Shown: one piece after another, positions 10,750-20,575 of the stretch
Layout: the number at the start of each line of letters is the position of its first letter
How positions within the stretch are numbered: position 1 is the first letter of the stretch
Assembly: GCA_000008885.1 (NCBI GenBank)
Contig: BA000021.3
Coordinates: 480,001-512,000, forward strand
Origin: Wigglesworthia glossinidia endosymbiont of Glossina brevipalpis
Lineage (GTDB): Bacteria > Pseudomonadota > Gammaproteobacteria > Enterobacterales > Enterobacteriaceae
Length of the DNA stretch: 32,000 nucleotides
Direction: 5' to 3'
Translations under genes and position numbers: made by a program
Notes under the pieces: model-generated
What the model was told of the DNA's origin: nothing
Databases searched by the model: none
The model's input: only the letters and a program-made list of their open reading frames with translations

Positions 10750-11723
10750 AATTAATTTAATTTAAATAAATTTATAAAAACTAAATTTTATATAATAACT
10801 TAAATTTTTTTAAAAATTTAATTTAAAAACATATATAAAATTTTAAAAAACATTAATTTTAATTAATAAAACAAAATAAAATTTTAAAATTAAAATACTA
10901 TTAAAAATAAAATTTTTAAAATAATTAAAATCATTAAAAAAATATTTTTTAAAAAGTTTAATATAAATAAATACTAAAAAATTGATATATAAAAACAAAA
11001 TTATATATATTTAAATTATTTTATTACAAAATTTTTATATTTTAATAATAAAAATATTATATTTAATAATAATTTAATAAAAAGATATAAAAATAACTTT
11101 ACTTATAATAATATATACATTTAAAAAATTTAAAATTTAAATAATACATGGTTTTAATTTTAAAATAATATATTTGTAATTATTATATAATTTAATCAAT
11201 AAAATTAATTTATCAACTATTATACTATATTTTGTTTAAAATATTTTTAATATATTTTATAATAAACATGTTTAATAAATTTTATTAAAATAAAAATAAT
11301 TTTATAAAACACGTTAAACAAAAATAATAAAATATAAAAAATATAATTAAAAATTTTTAAATTAAAATTTTTATTAAAATTATAAAAAATTTAATTTTTT
11401 TTATTGTTTATAAAATAATATTATGTTTAATCATTATTAAAAAATAAAATATAAGAATATTTTTAAATTTATTTAATTTCAAAAAATTGAATTATAAAAA
11501 CAGATTTTTAAAATTAATAAATTTTAAACAGCCATATAAAAAATTATTAAAAAATAAAATAAAAACGAAGTCAATAAGAGTATTAAAAATAAAATTACTA
11601 AATGTTTTATGTTATTTTTTTGTTTATGATTTAATTATTATATTTAATAAATTTAAAAATATTAAATATGAAATACATTTTTGTATTATCAAATCTTAAA
11701 TTTCTTTAAATAAAAATTTATTT
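10750..11723. other. Gene-free, extremely AT-rich spacer (~975 bp) between the convergent 3' ends of fldA and mscM
   Basis: No ORF of 60 aa or more except a TTG-initiated 70-aa low-complexity ORF (11487..11699). My hand count gives 33 G/C in the 660 nt of 10801..11460, about 5% GC. Neither flanking gene needs a promoter here, because both ends are 3' ends. Confidence 0.8.
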
Positions 11724-14700
11724 TTATTTATTTTCTTTATGCATTTGAAAAATAGGTGAAGGTAATTTAATTCTATTTTCTCTGTAAGAATCTAAAACTA
11801 ACTTGTGAACTTGATGTCTTAATGGCATTCTATGACTCATTTCAGCTGCATATGTTCTTAATTCAAATAAAGGTAGTCCTTTTTGTATATCAACTAAAAA
11901 TGCTTCTGGTGTAGGAAAGTCTAGCACTAAGGGGCATTTGCTTGCTGCTTTTACTAAAATTTTTGATATATTTTCAATATTAGATTCTTTTGGAGCAGGT
12001 ATATATAATACCACTCTAGTAACCGTATCTGATAAAGACCAGTTAACAAACTGTTCTGTTATAAAAGCTTTATTTGGTACAATAATTTCTTTTCTATCCC
12101 AATCAGTAATAGTTGTAGCTCTTGTATTTATTTTTGTTACGCTTCCAGTTAAACTCCTAATAGTCACAGTATCTCCTATTCTTATTGGTTTTTCAAACAA
12201 AATAATTAATCCAGAAACAAAATTTGCAAAAATTTCTTGTAATCCAAATCCTAATCCTACTCCTAAAGCTGCTGCTAACCATTGAAATTTAGACCATTCA
12301 ATACCAACAACAGAAAATCCTATTAATCCTCCTAATAACATTAATCCATATTTAGTTAAGGTGGTTACAGCATATCCAGTACCTGGAGTTAGATTTAAAT
12401 GCTGTAATAAAGCAAGTTCTAATAACGCTGGTAAATTCCTAACCATTTGAGTAGTAACTATTAAAATTAAAATTGCTATTATGATTGAATTTAAATTAAT
12501 TGGATGTAAATTATTTACTCCTTGTACTGTTGAAGTAGAATCCCAAAGAGTAATATTTTCTAAAAAAGAAAATGCTGAATGCAATTCAGACCATAAAAAA
12601 ATTACAGATAACAATGCTATTAAAGTAAGTATAGAACGTACTAATTGTAAAGATTTTGCACTTATAGTATCTAAATCTAGAACTTTATTATCTACTTCTG
12701 CAGCTACTTCATTTAATTGAGATGCAGATAAAGTTTCTTCTTCATTATTTCTTGCGCGTTGAGCTAACATTTCTGCTCTACGTTGTTTTGCTCTTTCAAA
12801 CGCTATTCTTCGTCTTTGTATAAACATCCACCTTTTAATGACATGGTATATGATCAACAAAAAGAACCAAATAGTTAAAGATTTTTCTAATCTTGCTAAA
12901 AGAGCTTGAGAAGTAGAAAAATATCCAAGAGAAGAAAAAATTATTGCAATTATTGGTGCGAAAATCATAAAATTCCAAAAAGAACGATTAATAATGTTAT
13001 CATTTGATTCTTTATCATCTAGATATAATATTAATCCTGATTTTTTTAGACTATTAGTAACTAAAGATAGACATATACATAATAATATAAAACATAATCT
13101 TCCAATGTTAGAAATTAATTCTCTATCGCTATAATTATTTATAGTAATAATTATAGTTATTAGAGGTACTATCATAAAAATAGATAATGTATGATAACTT
13201 AACGCAAGTTTTACTTGTTCTATTTTCCATCCAAAATGGACTACAAATAATCCTTTTGGTAAAGAAAATAATGAAAATAGCAAAAATGTCCATAATACTG
13301 GAAATGTTGAAATCATACCATAACCAATAGATATTGATATTGGAAAAGGCCAAGAATGATAAAATCCATATCCAAAAGAAGCCCATAAAATGGGGCTAGA
13401 AGATGAAATTAAAATAGACCATAATACATTTTTTAATGTAATAAAAAACCTATCTTGGTTAACTTTTCCTACTTGTATGCTAGACCTTTCTAAAAAAGAA
13501 ATATACCTTTTTCTAGAACTTATACTAAAACCAAAAAATAAAAAAGATATAATTATTAATATCAAAGTATTTCTACTTGTTAACATCATTTGAAATGAGC
13601 TATATAATTGGTTTAATAAATATCCATTAGTTAATTCTTTTATATTTTTTATTATAAAAAGCAAACAAGATAAGTTTAATGGATTAGTATCTGCTACCCA
13701 AAACAAATATTTATGTGACGCTTCATTAACTTCTTTTATATATTTTTCAAGTTGATTATAAATAACTTTTAATTTTGTAAGTTCTAAAATTTGAGTATCA
13801 CATCCAATTAATAATGATTCTAATAAATTGTTTTTTATTGCAAGTTGCTCTTCTAATATTTTTAATTGATTTTTTTCTAAATTATAAAAAATATTTTTTT
13901 TATTAGATTTGTCTAAATACAATTTATTTATTAAATCTTCAAAAAACAATCTTTTCAAACGTATTTTTATCATATTACTATTAATTATTTGATACTTAGG
14001 AATATCTGGAAGTTTAGATACTTGAGATCTCAATGTTTCTCCTAAAATAGGAGATTCATCTAACCATTGAGATTGTTCTGTTATTGCATTTAATACATTA
14101 CGAACTTGTAATATTTGTTTAGTAGCTTGACTTTGTTTTAATGTTATTAAGTCTATTTCTTTAGATTGTTGATTCAATAAAATTGATAAATCATAATTTT
14201 TTTTAAATTGTGATATAATTACATTTGGTAAACTTCCAATTTGTTTTTCTATTTTTTCCACATTATATAATGCTTTTTCTGTTTCTTGTTTTCTTAAAAA
14301 ATATAAATTATTTTTTATTATTTGAATATCTTGATCGATATCATTGTATTGTTTTTTTAAAAGATCTATTCGTAATCTAATAATTTCTTGTCTATAATTT
14401 GCACTAAGTTGCTCTAAATATAATTCTTCTATTTTTAATTTTTTTGAAACTTTTTTCATTTTTAGCGCAGTAAATTTAGACTTTTCTTCAATAGAATTTG
14501 TTTTAGGTAAAATTTTAATATTATTTTCAATATCGTTGAGTTCTTTTTTTGTTTCTTCTTGAAGACCAGTAATTGTTGATATTGAATCAGATATCATTAT
14601 TGCTTTATCTTGTTCTTGATTTAATTGATTTGCTAAAATTATCAAATGATTATTTGCTTGTAATAGTTTTTGATTAATCTCTTTAGATGAAGAATTAGAG

Positions 14701-14987
14701 TTATAATTTTTATAATTAAATTTTTTTGTTTTTTTTTCTTCTTGAATTTTGCCTGACAAAATTGGAAATTCTTCAATAATTTTTCTATATTCTTTAATTT
14801 TTTTTTCAGATAATTTGCTATCTTCTATAAAAGATAGAGCTGATTTTAAATATTCAATAGCATCCAATTTATGTAAATCTACATTATTTTGAATATTATT
14901 TATATCCTGCCTAATTTTCTCTTCTTCAAAATAAATATTAGTGTATGCCTTAAATGAAAAAAAAATAAAAAAAATTATTATATGCAA
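11724..14987 (-). CDS. mscM: Large MscS-family mechanosensitive channel (MscM/YjeP type; MscK not excluded)
   Basis: 1087 aa. N-terminal signal-like segment, a long coiled-coil periplasmic region, multiple transmembrane helices, and a C-terminal MscS core GFGLQEIFANFVSGLIILFEKPIRIGDTVTI...NWSLSD. Lies immediately downstream of psd, as in the E. coli psd-mscM operon. Confidence 0.85.
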   Translation of the reverse strand: MHIIIFFIFFSFKAYTNIYFEEEKIRQDINNIQNNVDLHKLDAIEYLKSALSFIEDSKLSEKKIKEYRKIIEEFPILSGKIQEEKKTKKFNYKNYNSNSSSKEINQKLLQANNHLIILANQLNQEQDKAIMISDSISTITGLQEETKKELNDIENNIKILPKTNSIEEKSKFTALKMKKVSKKLKIEELYLEQLSANYRQEIIRLRIDLLKKQYNDIDQDIQIIKNNLYFLRKQETEKALYNVEKIEKQIGSLPNVIISQFKKNYDLSILLNQQSKEIDLITLKQSQATKQILQVRNVLNAITEQSQWLDESPILGETLRSQVSKLPDIPKYQIINSNMIKIRLKRLFFEDLINKLYLDKSNKKNIFYNLEKNQLKILEEQLAIKNNLLESLLIGCDTQILELTKLKVIYNQLEKYIKEVNEASHKYLFWVADTNPLNLSCLLFIIKNIKELTNGYLLNQLYSSFQMMLTSRNTLILIIISFLFFGFSISSRKRYISFLERSSIQVGKVNQDRFFITLKNVLWSILISSSSPILWASFGYGFYHSWPFPISISIGYGMISTFPVLWTFLLFSLFSLPKGLFVVHFGWKIEQVKLALSYHTLSIFMIVPLITIIITINNYSDRELISNIGRLCFILLCICLSLVTNSLKKSGLILYLDDKESNDNIINRSFWNFMIFAPIIAIIFSSLGYFSTSQALLARLEKSLTIWFFLLIIYHVIKRWMFIQRRRIAFERAKQRRAEMLAQRARNNEEETLSASQLNEVAAEVDNKVLDLDTISAKSLQLVRSILTLIALLSVIFLWSELHSAFSFLENITLWDSTSTVQGVNNLHPINLNSIIIAILILIVTTQMVRNLPALLELALLQHLNLTPGTGYAVTTLTKYGLMLLGGLIGFSVVGIEWSKFQWLAAALGVGLGFGLQEIFANFVSGLIILFEKPIRIGDTVTIRSLTGSVTKINTRATTITDWDRKEIIVPNKAFITEQFVNWSLSDTVTRVVLYIPAPKESNIENISKILVKAASKCPLVLDFPTPEAFLVDIQKGLPLFELRTYAAEMSHRMPLRHQVHKLVLDSYRENRIKLPSPIFQMHKENK

Positions 14988-15014
14988 AATATTTTCTCTT
15001 AAATATACTTGTGC

Positions 15015-15878
15015 TTATTTCACATTTTGAATTCCATAAGCTAACACATCTCCTACTCTAACTTCTTTGTAATTACTTAAATTTTCTTTTATTAAAATAT
15101 TTTTCTTAGAAAATAAAGTTATAACAGTAGATCCAAGGGTAAAAAATCCCATTTCATCCCCTTTTTTTAAAAAAATGGGTTTATTGTTGGAATTAATATT
15201 ATATTTCCATAATTTTATTATTCCATCTCTTTTATAATTTATCTTTCCATACCAAGATGTTGAAATTGTTCCAGAAATTATAGATCCTACAAGTATTTGT
15301 ATCATATATCCAAAATTTGTTTTAAATAAACAAATTACTCTTTCATTTTTAGAAAAAATATTTGAAATATTTTTATAAAATTTTAAATTAACAGAAAAAA
15401 GTTGTCCTGGAACATATATCATCTTTATTAAAGATCCATCACAAGGCATATGAATTCTATGATAATTTTTAGGAGACAAATAAGTAGTAAAAAATATCCC
15501 ATGCTGAAATATATCTATCATGGTCTCGTTTTGAGCTAATAAAGATTTTAAAGTATAATTATGATTTTTTAATTGTAATTTTTCTGTATTCTCAATATAT
15601 CCAAAATTTGTAATTATTCCATCTGCAGGACAAATTATAATTGAAGGATCATAATCAATTCTTCTGCAATCTATTTTAATTCTTCTAGAAAAGAAATCAT
15701 TAAATGTATTATATGATTTTATATCTTTTGTTTTTATTTCTTTTAAGTTAATTTTATAAATTTTTATAAAAAATAAAATAATCCAATATGTTATTATTCC
15801 TGCTTTTTTTTCTGCCAACCATCCAAAAAATTTAGTTATTAACATTTTAGGTAAATAATATTGTAATTTAGTTTTCAT
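15015..15878 (-). CDS. psd: Phosphatidylserine decarboxylase proenzyme
   Basis: 287 aa. Self-cleavage motif LGST (FFTLGSTVITLF). Also YHRIHMPCDG and GQLFSVN. Confidence 0.93.
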   Translation of the reverse strand: MKTKLQYYLPKMLITKFFGWLAEKKAGIITYWIILFFIKIYKINLKEIKTKDIKSYNTFNDFFSRRIKIDCRRIDYDPSIIICPADGIITNFGYIENTEKLQLKNHNYTLKSLLAQNETMIDIFQHGIFFTTYLSPKNYHRIHMPCDGSLIKMIYVPGQLFSVNLKFYKNISNIFSKNERVICLFKTNFGYMIQILVGSIISGTISTSWYGKINYKRDGIIKLWKYNINSNNKPIFLKKGDEMGFFTLGSTVITLFSKKNILIKENLSNYKEVRVGDVLAYGIQNVK

Positions 15879-16136
15879 AAAATGAAATTATTCCTTATAG
15901 TTAAAACATTAATTAATAATATTATATATATTTTGATTTTTATTAATATAATATTATTTTATTATATATAAATTTTATAATTTAATATATTGTTATTATT
16001 AATATTTAAAAATATTAATTTAAAAAAATTTAATATTTTAAATTTATGAAATTAATATTATACTTTTTAATAAATTATATATTTTATTAATATAATCTGA
16101 TATAATTTATTAAATAAAAATTTAATAATATTTATC

Positions 16137-16697
16137 ATGAATCATACTCCTATTTTAAATAAAAAAAACTTAATTTGGATAGATCTAGAAATGACTGGTC
16201 TAAATTTAGAAAACGATAGAATTATAGAAATAGCAACAGTAATAACTGATAAATATGTAAAAATTTTAGCAGAAGGTCCATCTATAGCAATATTTCAAAG
16301 CGAAGAACAATTGAAAAAAATGAATTCTTGGAATATTTTTACACATACTAAAAATGGACTAATAGATAGAGTAAGAAAAAGCAAATATAATGAAAAAAAT
16401 GCTATGATTGATACATTAAAATTTATTTCTTCGTGGGTACCTTTTGGAAAATCTCCAATATGTGGAAGTAGTATAAATCATGATCGTCTTTTCTTATCCA
16501 AATATATGCCTGATTTAGAAAAATATTTTCATTATCGTTGTTTAGACGTAAGCGTTATAAAAGAATTAGCTAGAAGGTGGAAGCCTAAAATTTTATCTAA
16601 ACTAAAGAAAAAACATACTCATAAAGCTCTAGACGATATAAAAGATTCTATTAAAGAGCTTCTCTTTTATAAAGATACTTTTATTAAGTTAAATTAA
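16137..16697 (+). CDS. orn: Oligoribonuclease
   Basis: 186 aa. DEDDh exonuclease motifs [23 protein letters not shown] and [14 protein letters not shown]. Divergent from psd, as in E. coli but without rsgA between them. Confidence 0.94.
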   Translation: MNHTPILNKKNLIWIDLEMTGLNLENDRIIEIATVITDKYVKILAEGPSIAIFQSEEQLKKMNSWNIFTHTKNGLIDRVRKSKYNEKNAMIDTLKFISSWVPFGKSPICGSSINHDRLFLSKYMPDLEKYFHYRCLDVSVIKELARRWKPKILSKLKKKHTHKALDDIKDSIKELLFYKDTFIKLN

Positions 16698-16749
16698 TTT
16701 TAATTTATAAAGTTTTTTATTAATGTAAATAATAATTAGAAATAAAATT

Positions 16750-17409
16750 CTAGTTTTTTTTTATATATAAATAAAATAAATAAATTATACTAAATAATAT
16801 TATTATTAATTGAAAAATACAAAAGAAAATGATTAATACATTTTCATATTTTTGAAAAAAAGATATTTTACCTAACAAAAATCCTGTAAATGTTAAAACA
16901 AATATCCAAACAAAAGAACTAACAACATTAAAAAAAAAGAATTTAATTTTATTTAATCTAAAAAGTCCAAATATTATAGGCAATATAGTCCTTATAAACA
17001 CTAAAAATCTTCCTATAAATAATGAAATAAATCCATGAATATGAAATATTTTATAAGCTTTATTGAAATATTTAGAAGAAAATTTTTTTATTAATGAATT
17101 AAAAAATTTATTTTTTTTTAACCATTTGCCTTGCAAATAACCAATCCAACTACCTATGCTGGCTGATATTGTTAATGAAAAAATTAAAAAATAGAAATTA
17201 ATAATATTTTTTGAAACTAAAATGCCTAATAAAATTAATAAACTATCTCCAGGCAAAAATGATAATATCAATAATCCATTTTCTAAAATAATAATAATAC
17301 AAGAGATGAAATAAATTAACCAAATAATATTATTTTGAGATAAAAATTCTAAATTTTTATCCAATAAAGCTTTATATAGTTCTTTTATAGATTCCATAAT
17401 ATTTCTCAA
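16750..17409 (-). CDS. DedA-family inner membrane protein (YghB/YqjA type)
   Basis: 219 aa. ENGLLILSFLPGDSLLILLG and GRFLVFIRTILPIIFG match the DedA signature. Full-length colinearity with E. coli YghB (219 aa). TAG stop. Confidence 0.85.
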   Translation of the reverse strand: MRNIMESIKELYKALLDKNLEFLSQNNIIWLIYFISCIIIILENGLLILSFLPGDSLLILLGILVSKNIINFYFLIFSLTISASIGSWIGYLQGKWLKKNKFFNSLIKKFSSKYFNKAYKIFHIHGFISLFIGRFLVFIRTILPIIFGLFRLNKIKFFFFNVVSSFVWIFVLTFTGFLLGKISFFQKYENVLIIFFCIFQLIIILFSIIYLFYLYIKKN

Positions 17410-17547
17410 AATATTTAATAATAAAAAGAAATAGTTAGTGTTTATTTTTTTTAATATTTAAGTTATTTTATTTTAATAAATTGTTTAAAATTAAATTATT
17501 TAATATTAATAGTTTATTAATTGATTTTTAGAAAATTATGTTTTTAT

Positions 17548-18735
17548 TTAAAAAATATTTAAATATCTATTAAACAGAATGTTTTTTATTATTCTTTTTT
17601 TAAAAAAAGGAAATCTTTCTATTATAGATAATCCTAAATTTCTTATTATAATAATTAAAGGAATTTTGCTAGAAAATAAATTAATAAGAGATTCTGTCAT
17701 AAAAATTGTATTTTTTTGATCTTTTTTTCTTTTATTTTGGTACTTAATTAAAACATCATAATTTCCATAATCTATCTTTTTTTCAAAAGAGTCTATTAAT
17801 ATGTTAGATAGATCTATAACATCTCTCATTCCTAAATTTAATCCTTGACCTGCTATAGGATGTATAATTTGAGCAGCATTTCCAATAAGAGCTAACCTAT
17901 GAGAAATATGATTTTCATAAGTACTTAGCTTAAGCATATGATACTTTTGTTTCCCAATTAAAGAGATTTTACCCAAATCCCATCCAAATATTTTTTGTAT
18001 TTCTAAAGATAATTTTTTTTTATTTAATGATTTAATATTATCAAAAAATTTTTTCGGAAAACACCAAATTAATGAATTAATATTTTTATGTAATGGTAAT
18101 ATTGCTAAAGATCCATGATTATTGAATTTTTCAAAAGCACAATTTTTATGAAAAAAATCAACATGTATTTTGCTAGACATTGCTATTTGATTGTAAAATA
18201 TAGTTTTTTGGTAAATACTGCATTTTTTAGCTATTTTTGAATTCATTCCATCTGCAACAACTATAAGTTTTGATGTTAATTTTTTTCCATTATTTAATAA
18301 TATAATGTTTTTATTTTTTTCTCTTATTATTTTTTTTGGATAATATGGACAATATAATTTTATATTTCTTTTTTTCTTTAAAATTTTAAATAATAATATT
18401 TTTATTTTTCTTAATTGTATTACATATCCCAAAGAAGATAAAAAAACTTCGCTAGAATTTATTTTAGTTTTTCCAAAAAATTTTTGATCACTAATCTCTA
18501 TAGAATTGATTTTAGTGGAAAAACAAGAAAAATATTTCCAAATTCCAAACTTTTTAAGTATATTTTTTGTATGATAAGAAATTGCAACTGATTGATCATT
18601 ATTTATTTTTTTTTTTAAATTTGAAATATCATTAATTTCTACTAAATTAATTTTAATTTTATTTTTGCTTAAATTTGACAAAGCTAAAGAAAAAACTAAT
18701 CCAATTATTCCTCCACCTACGACAATTATTTTCAT
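17548..18735 (-). CDS. ubiH: 2-octaprenyl-6-methoxyphenol hydroxylase (FAD-dependent ubiquinone biosynthesis monooxygenase)
   Basis: 395 aa. FAD fold IIVVGGGIIGLVFSLAL. ADGMNSKIA, FGWDLGKI and GNAAQIIHPIAGQGLNLGMRDV. Directly downstream of pepP, as in the E. coli pepP-ubiH arrangement. Confidence 0.88.
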   Translation of the reverse strand: MKIIVVGGGIIGLVFSLALSNLSKNKIKINLVEINDISNLKKKINNDQSVAISYHTKNILKKFGIWKYFSCFSTKINSIEISDQKFFGKTKINSSEVFLSSLGYVIQLRKIKILLFKILKKKRNIKLYCPYYPKKIIREKNKNIILLNNGKKLTSKLIVVADGMNSKIAKKCSIYQKTIFYNQIAMSSKIHVDFFHKNCAFEKFNNHGSLAILPLHKNINSLIWCFPKKFFDNIKSLNKKKLSLEIQKIFGWDLGKISLIGKQKYHMLKLSTYENHISHRLALIGNAAQIIHPIAGQGLNLGMRDVIDLSNILIDSFEKKIDYGNYDVLIKYQNKRKKDQKNTIFMTESLINLFSSKIPLIIIIRNLGLSIIERFPFFKKRIIKNILFNRYLNIF

Positions 18736-18739
18736 AATA

Positions 18740-20071
18740 TTATTTATTTTTTTTCATTAAATTTTCTATTTCTATTGATTTTCTAACAATATCTTTTGTT
18801 AAATTTATATTACCTTTTTTAGTAATCAGTATATTATCTTCTATTCTTATACCTATACCTTGATAGGGTGATTTAATTTTTTTATTTATAGGTATATAAA
18901 TACCTGGTTCTATTGCTATTGTCATTCCGCTTTTTAAATAAAAATTTTTATTATTTATTAAATAATCCGAAGTATCATGAACATCTAATCCTATAAAATG
19001 AAATAATTTGTGCATAAAATATTTTTTATAAGATTTTTGATATATCAAGTCTTTTATATTCCCAGATAATAATCCAATATGCTTTAATCTTTTTACTAAA
19101 AGATGAATAACTTTATTTTTTATATTTTTTATTTTAGATTTTGGTTTACATAATTTTATAAAAAGATTTAGCATTTCTAATACTACATTATATATTACAA
19201 GTTGTTCTTTAGAAAATTTTCCATTTACTGGGATAGTTCTAGTGACATCACTAGCATAATTTTTATATTCGCATCCAGCATCTATAAGAACTAATTCTCC
19301 TGATTTCATTTTTCTTTTATTTTCTATATAATGTAAAATACATGTATTAATTCCACTTCCTACAATAATATTGTAGGAATTATCTAAATTTCCATTAATC
19401 AAAAATTCATGTTGAATTTCTGCAGCTAATTCATATTCATATTTTTCTGGTTTGCAATATTTTATTGCTCTGATATGAGCTAATTTTGTCACAAAACAAG
19501 CATGTTTTATTTTACAAATTTCTTCTTTTGACTTTATAAGTCTGATTTTTTGTAAAACTGGGATCAAATCAGAAAAATTATTAGGAGGAGAAAAGTTTTT
19601 ATTAATTATTTTTTTTTTTCTTAATATATTAATAGCCATAAACAATAATTTGTCGTTTTTATCATTAATTCCAAATTGATAATATATAGTATCTAAATTA
19701 TTTAAAATTAAATATAATTTATTGTTGATGTTATTCCAAGAATAAGAATAATCTATTTTTAATAATTTTATAGCTGATTCTTGCCCTATATTATTTTCTC
19801 CCCAAATTTTTTTTAATTCATTCGTATTTTGATTAAATAATATACATTTATTATATTTAATTTGTTTAACTAAAATTAAAAGCGATTTAGGTTCATTAAA
19901 TCCAGTAAGATAAAAAAAATTACTATCTTGTCGATATTTATACTTATTATCAGCATTTCTTATCTTTTCTTCAGCAGAAAATATTATAAAAGCACTTTTT
20001 GGTACCATTTTTTTTATCATTTGTTTTCTTCTAAATACATATTCTTTATTCATTTTTTTTAAACAACACAT
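18740..20071 (-). CDS. pepP: Xaa-Pro aminopeptidase (aminopeptidase P)
   Basis: 443 aa ORF. YRQDSNFFYLTGFNEP, LIDAGCEY, HFIGLDVHD, IEPGIY and GIRIEDN (M24B metal ligands). The true start is probably the second ATG at 20053 (MNKEYVFRRKQ...), which aligns better with the E. coli N-terminus. Confidence 0.93.
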   Translation of the reverse strand: MCCLKKMNKEYVFRRKQMIKKMVPKSAFIIFSAEEKIRNADNKYKYRQDSNFFYLTGFNEPKSLLILVKQIKYNKCILFNQNTNELKKIWGENNIGQESAIKLLKIDYSYSWNNINNKLYLILNNLDTIYYQFGINDKNDKLLFMAINILRKKKIINKNFSPPNNFSDLIPVLQKIRLIKSKEEICKIKHACFVTKLAHIRAIKYCKPEKYEYELAAEIQHEFLINGNLDNSYNIIVGSGINTCILHYIENKRKMKSGELVLIDAGCEYKNYASDVTRTIPVNGKFSKEQLVIYNVVLEMLNLFIKLCKPKSKIKNIKNKVIHLLVKRLKHIGLLSGNIKDLIYQKSYKKYFMHKLFHFIGLDVHDTSDYLINNKNFYLKSGMTIAIEPGIYIPINKKIKSPYQGIGIRIEDNILITKKGNINLTKDIVRKSIEIENLMKKNK

Positions 20072-20197
20072 ATTTTATTTTTATTTGATAAATTTTAATA
20101 TTTTTATTTTCAAATTATTATTTATATTAAATATTTTTATTTATTTTTAATGTAAAATATATTTTTATATATACATTGAAAATATTGTAGGATAATA

Positions 20198-20536
20198 ATG
20201 AATGAAAAACCAGTAGATATTCAAATATTTGGTAGAACTTTAAGAATTAACTGCCCAGATGAAGAAAAATCATATTTGAAAAAAGCATCAGAAAATCTGG
20301 AAAAAAGATTAATAAATCTAAAAGAAAAAAGCAAAATATCTAATACTGAGCAATTATTATTTATTGCTGCATTAAACATGTGTTATGAGCTTGATAAAGA
20401 AAAAAATAAATTTAAAAAGTATTCTATAAATATAGAAAAATGTATTAAATTATTAAAAAATACAATTAATCAAGCTTTAATTGATAGTAATATTGAAATA
20501 TTAAATAAAAATTCTATTAAAGACGATATTATTTAA
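20198..20536 (+). CDS. zapA: Cell division protein ZapA
   Basis: 112 aa. PVDIQIFGRTLRINCP...NTEQLLFIAALNMCYEL closely matches E. coli ZapA (PVDIQIFGRSLRVNCP...NTEQLVFIAALNISYEL). AGGA lies 5 nt upstream of the ATG. Confidence 0.93.
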   Translation: MNEKPVDIQIFGRTLRINCPDEEKSYLKKASENLEKRLINLKEKSKISNTEQLLFIAALNMCYELDKEKNKFKKYSINIEKCIKLLKNTINQALIDSNIEILNKNSIKDDII

Positions 20537-20545
20537 TTTAAATTA

Positions 20546-20575
20546 TGGCGCTATAAAATAGCGCCAAATATTTTT
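20546..20575. terminator. Bidirectional intrinsic terminator between convergent zapA and putA
   Basis: Perfect 9-bp stem TGGCGCTAT / ATAGCGCCA (20546..20554 and 20558..20566) with an AAA loop. It is followed by a T-rich tract on the + strand and by an AT/U-rich tract on the - strand. It is the only GC-rich hairpin I see in any intergenic region of this window. Confidence 0.7.

Noticed and set aside
11404-11431. dif-like sequence: TTATGTTTAAT (11421..11431) matches the XerD arm TTATGTTAAAT at 10 of 11 positions
   Set aside because: The would-be XerC arm (TTGTTTATAAA) does not match. My rough estimate is that about 0.5 such 10/11 hits are expected by chance in ~1 kb of 95% AT DNA on two strands. 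xerD is also missing from its ancestral site.
11708-11729. Perfect 10-bp AT-only inverted repeat AAATAAAAAT-TT-ATTTTTATTT overlapping the mscM stop codon
   Set aside because: An all-A:T stem has very low stability and there is no following U-tract on the mscM strand. It is common by chance in this sequence context, so I do not call it a terminator.
11938-13593. ORFs of 67-115 aa within mscM (11938..12285 +, 12481..12720 +, 13390..13593 +, 13135..13386 -)
   Set aside because: All are nested inside the 1087-aa mscM reading frame, either antisense or out of frame. They have no family resemblance. mscM is colinear with its orthologs across these positions.
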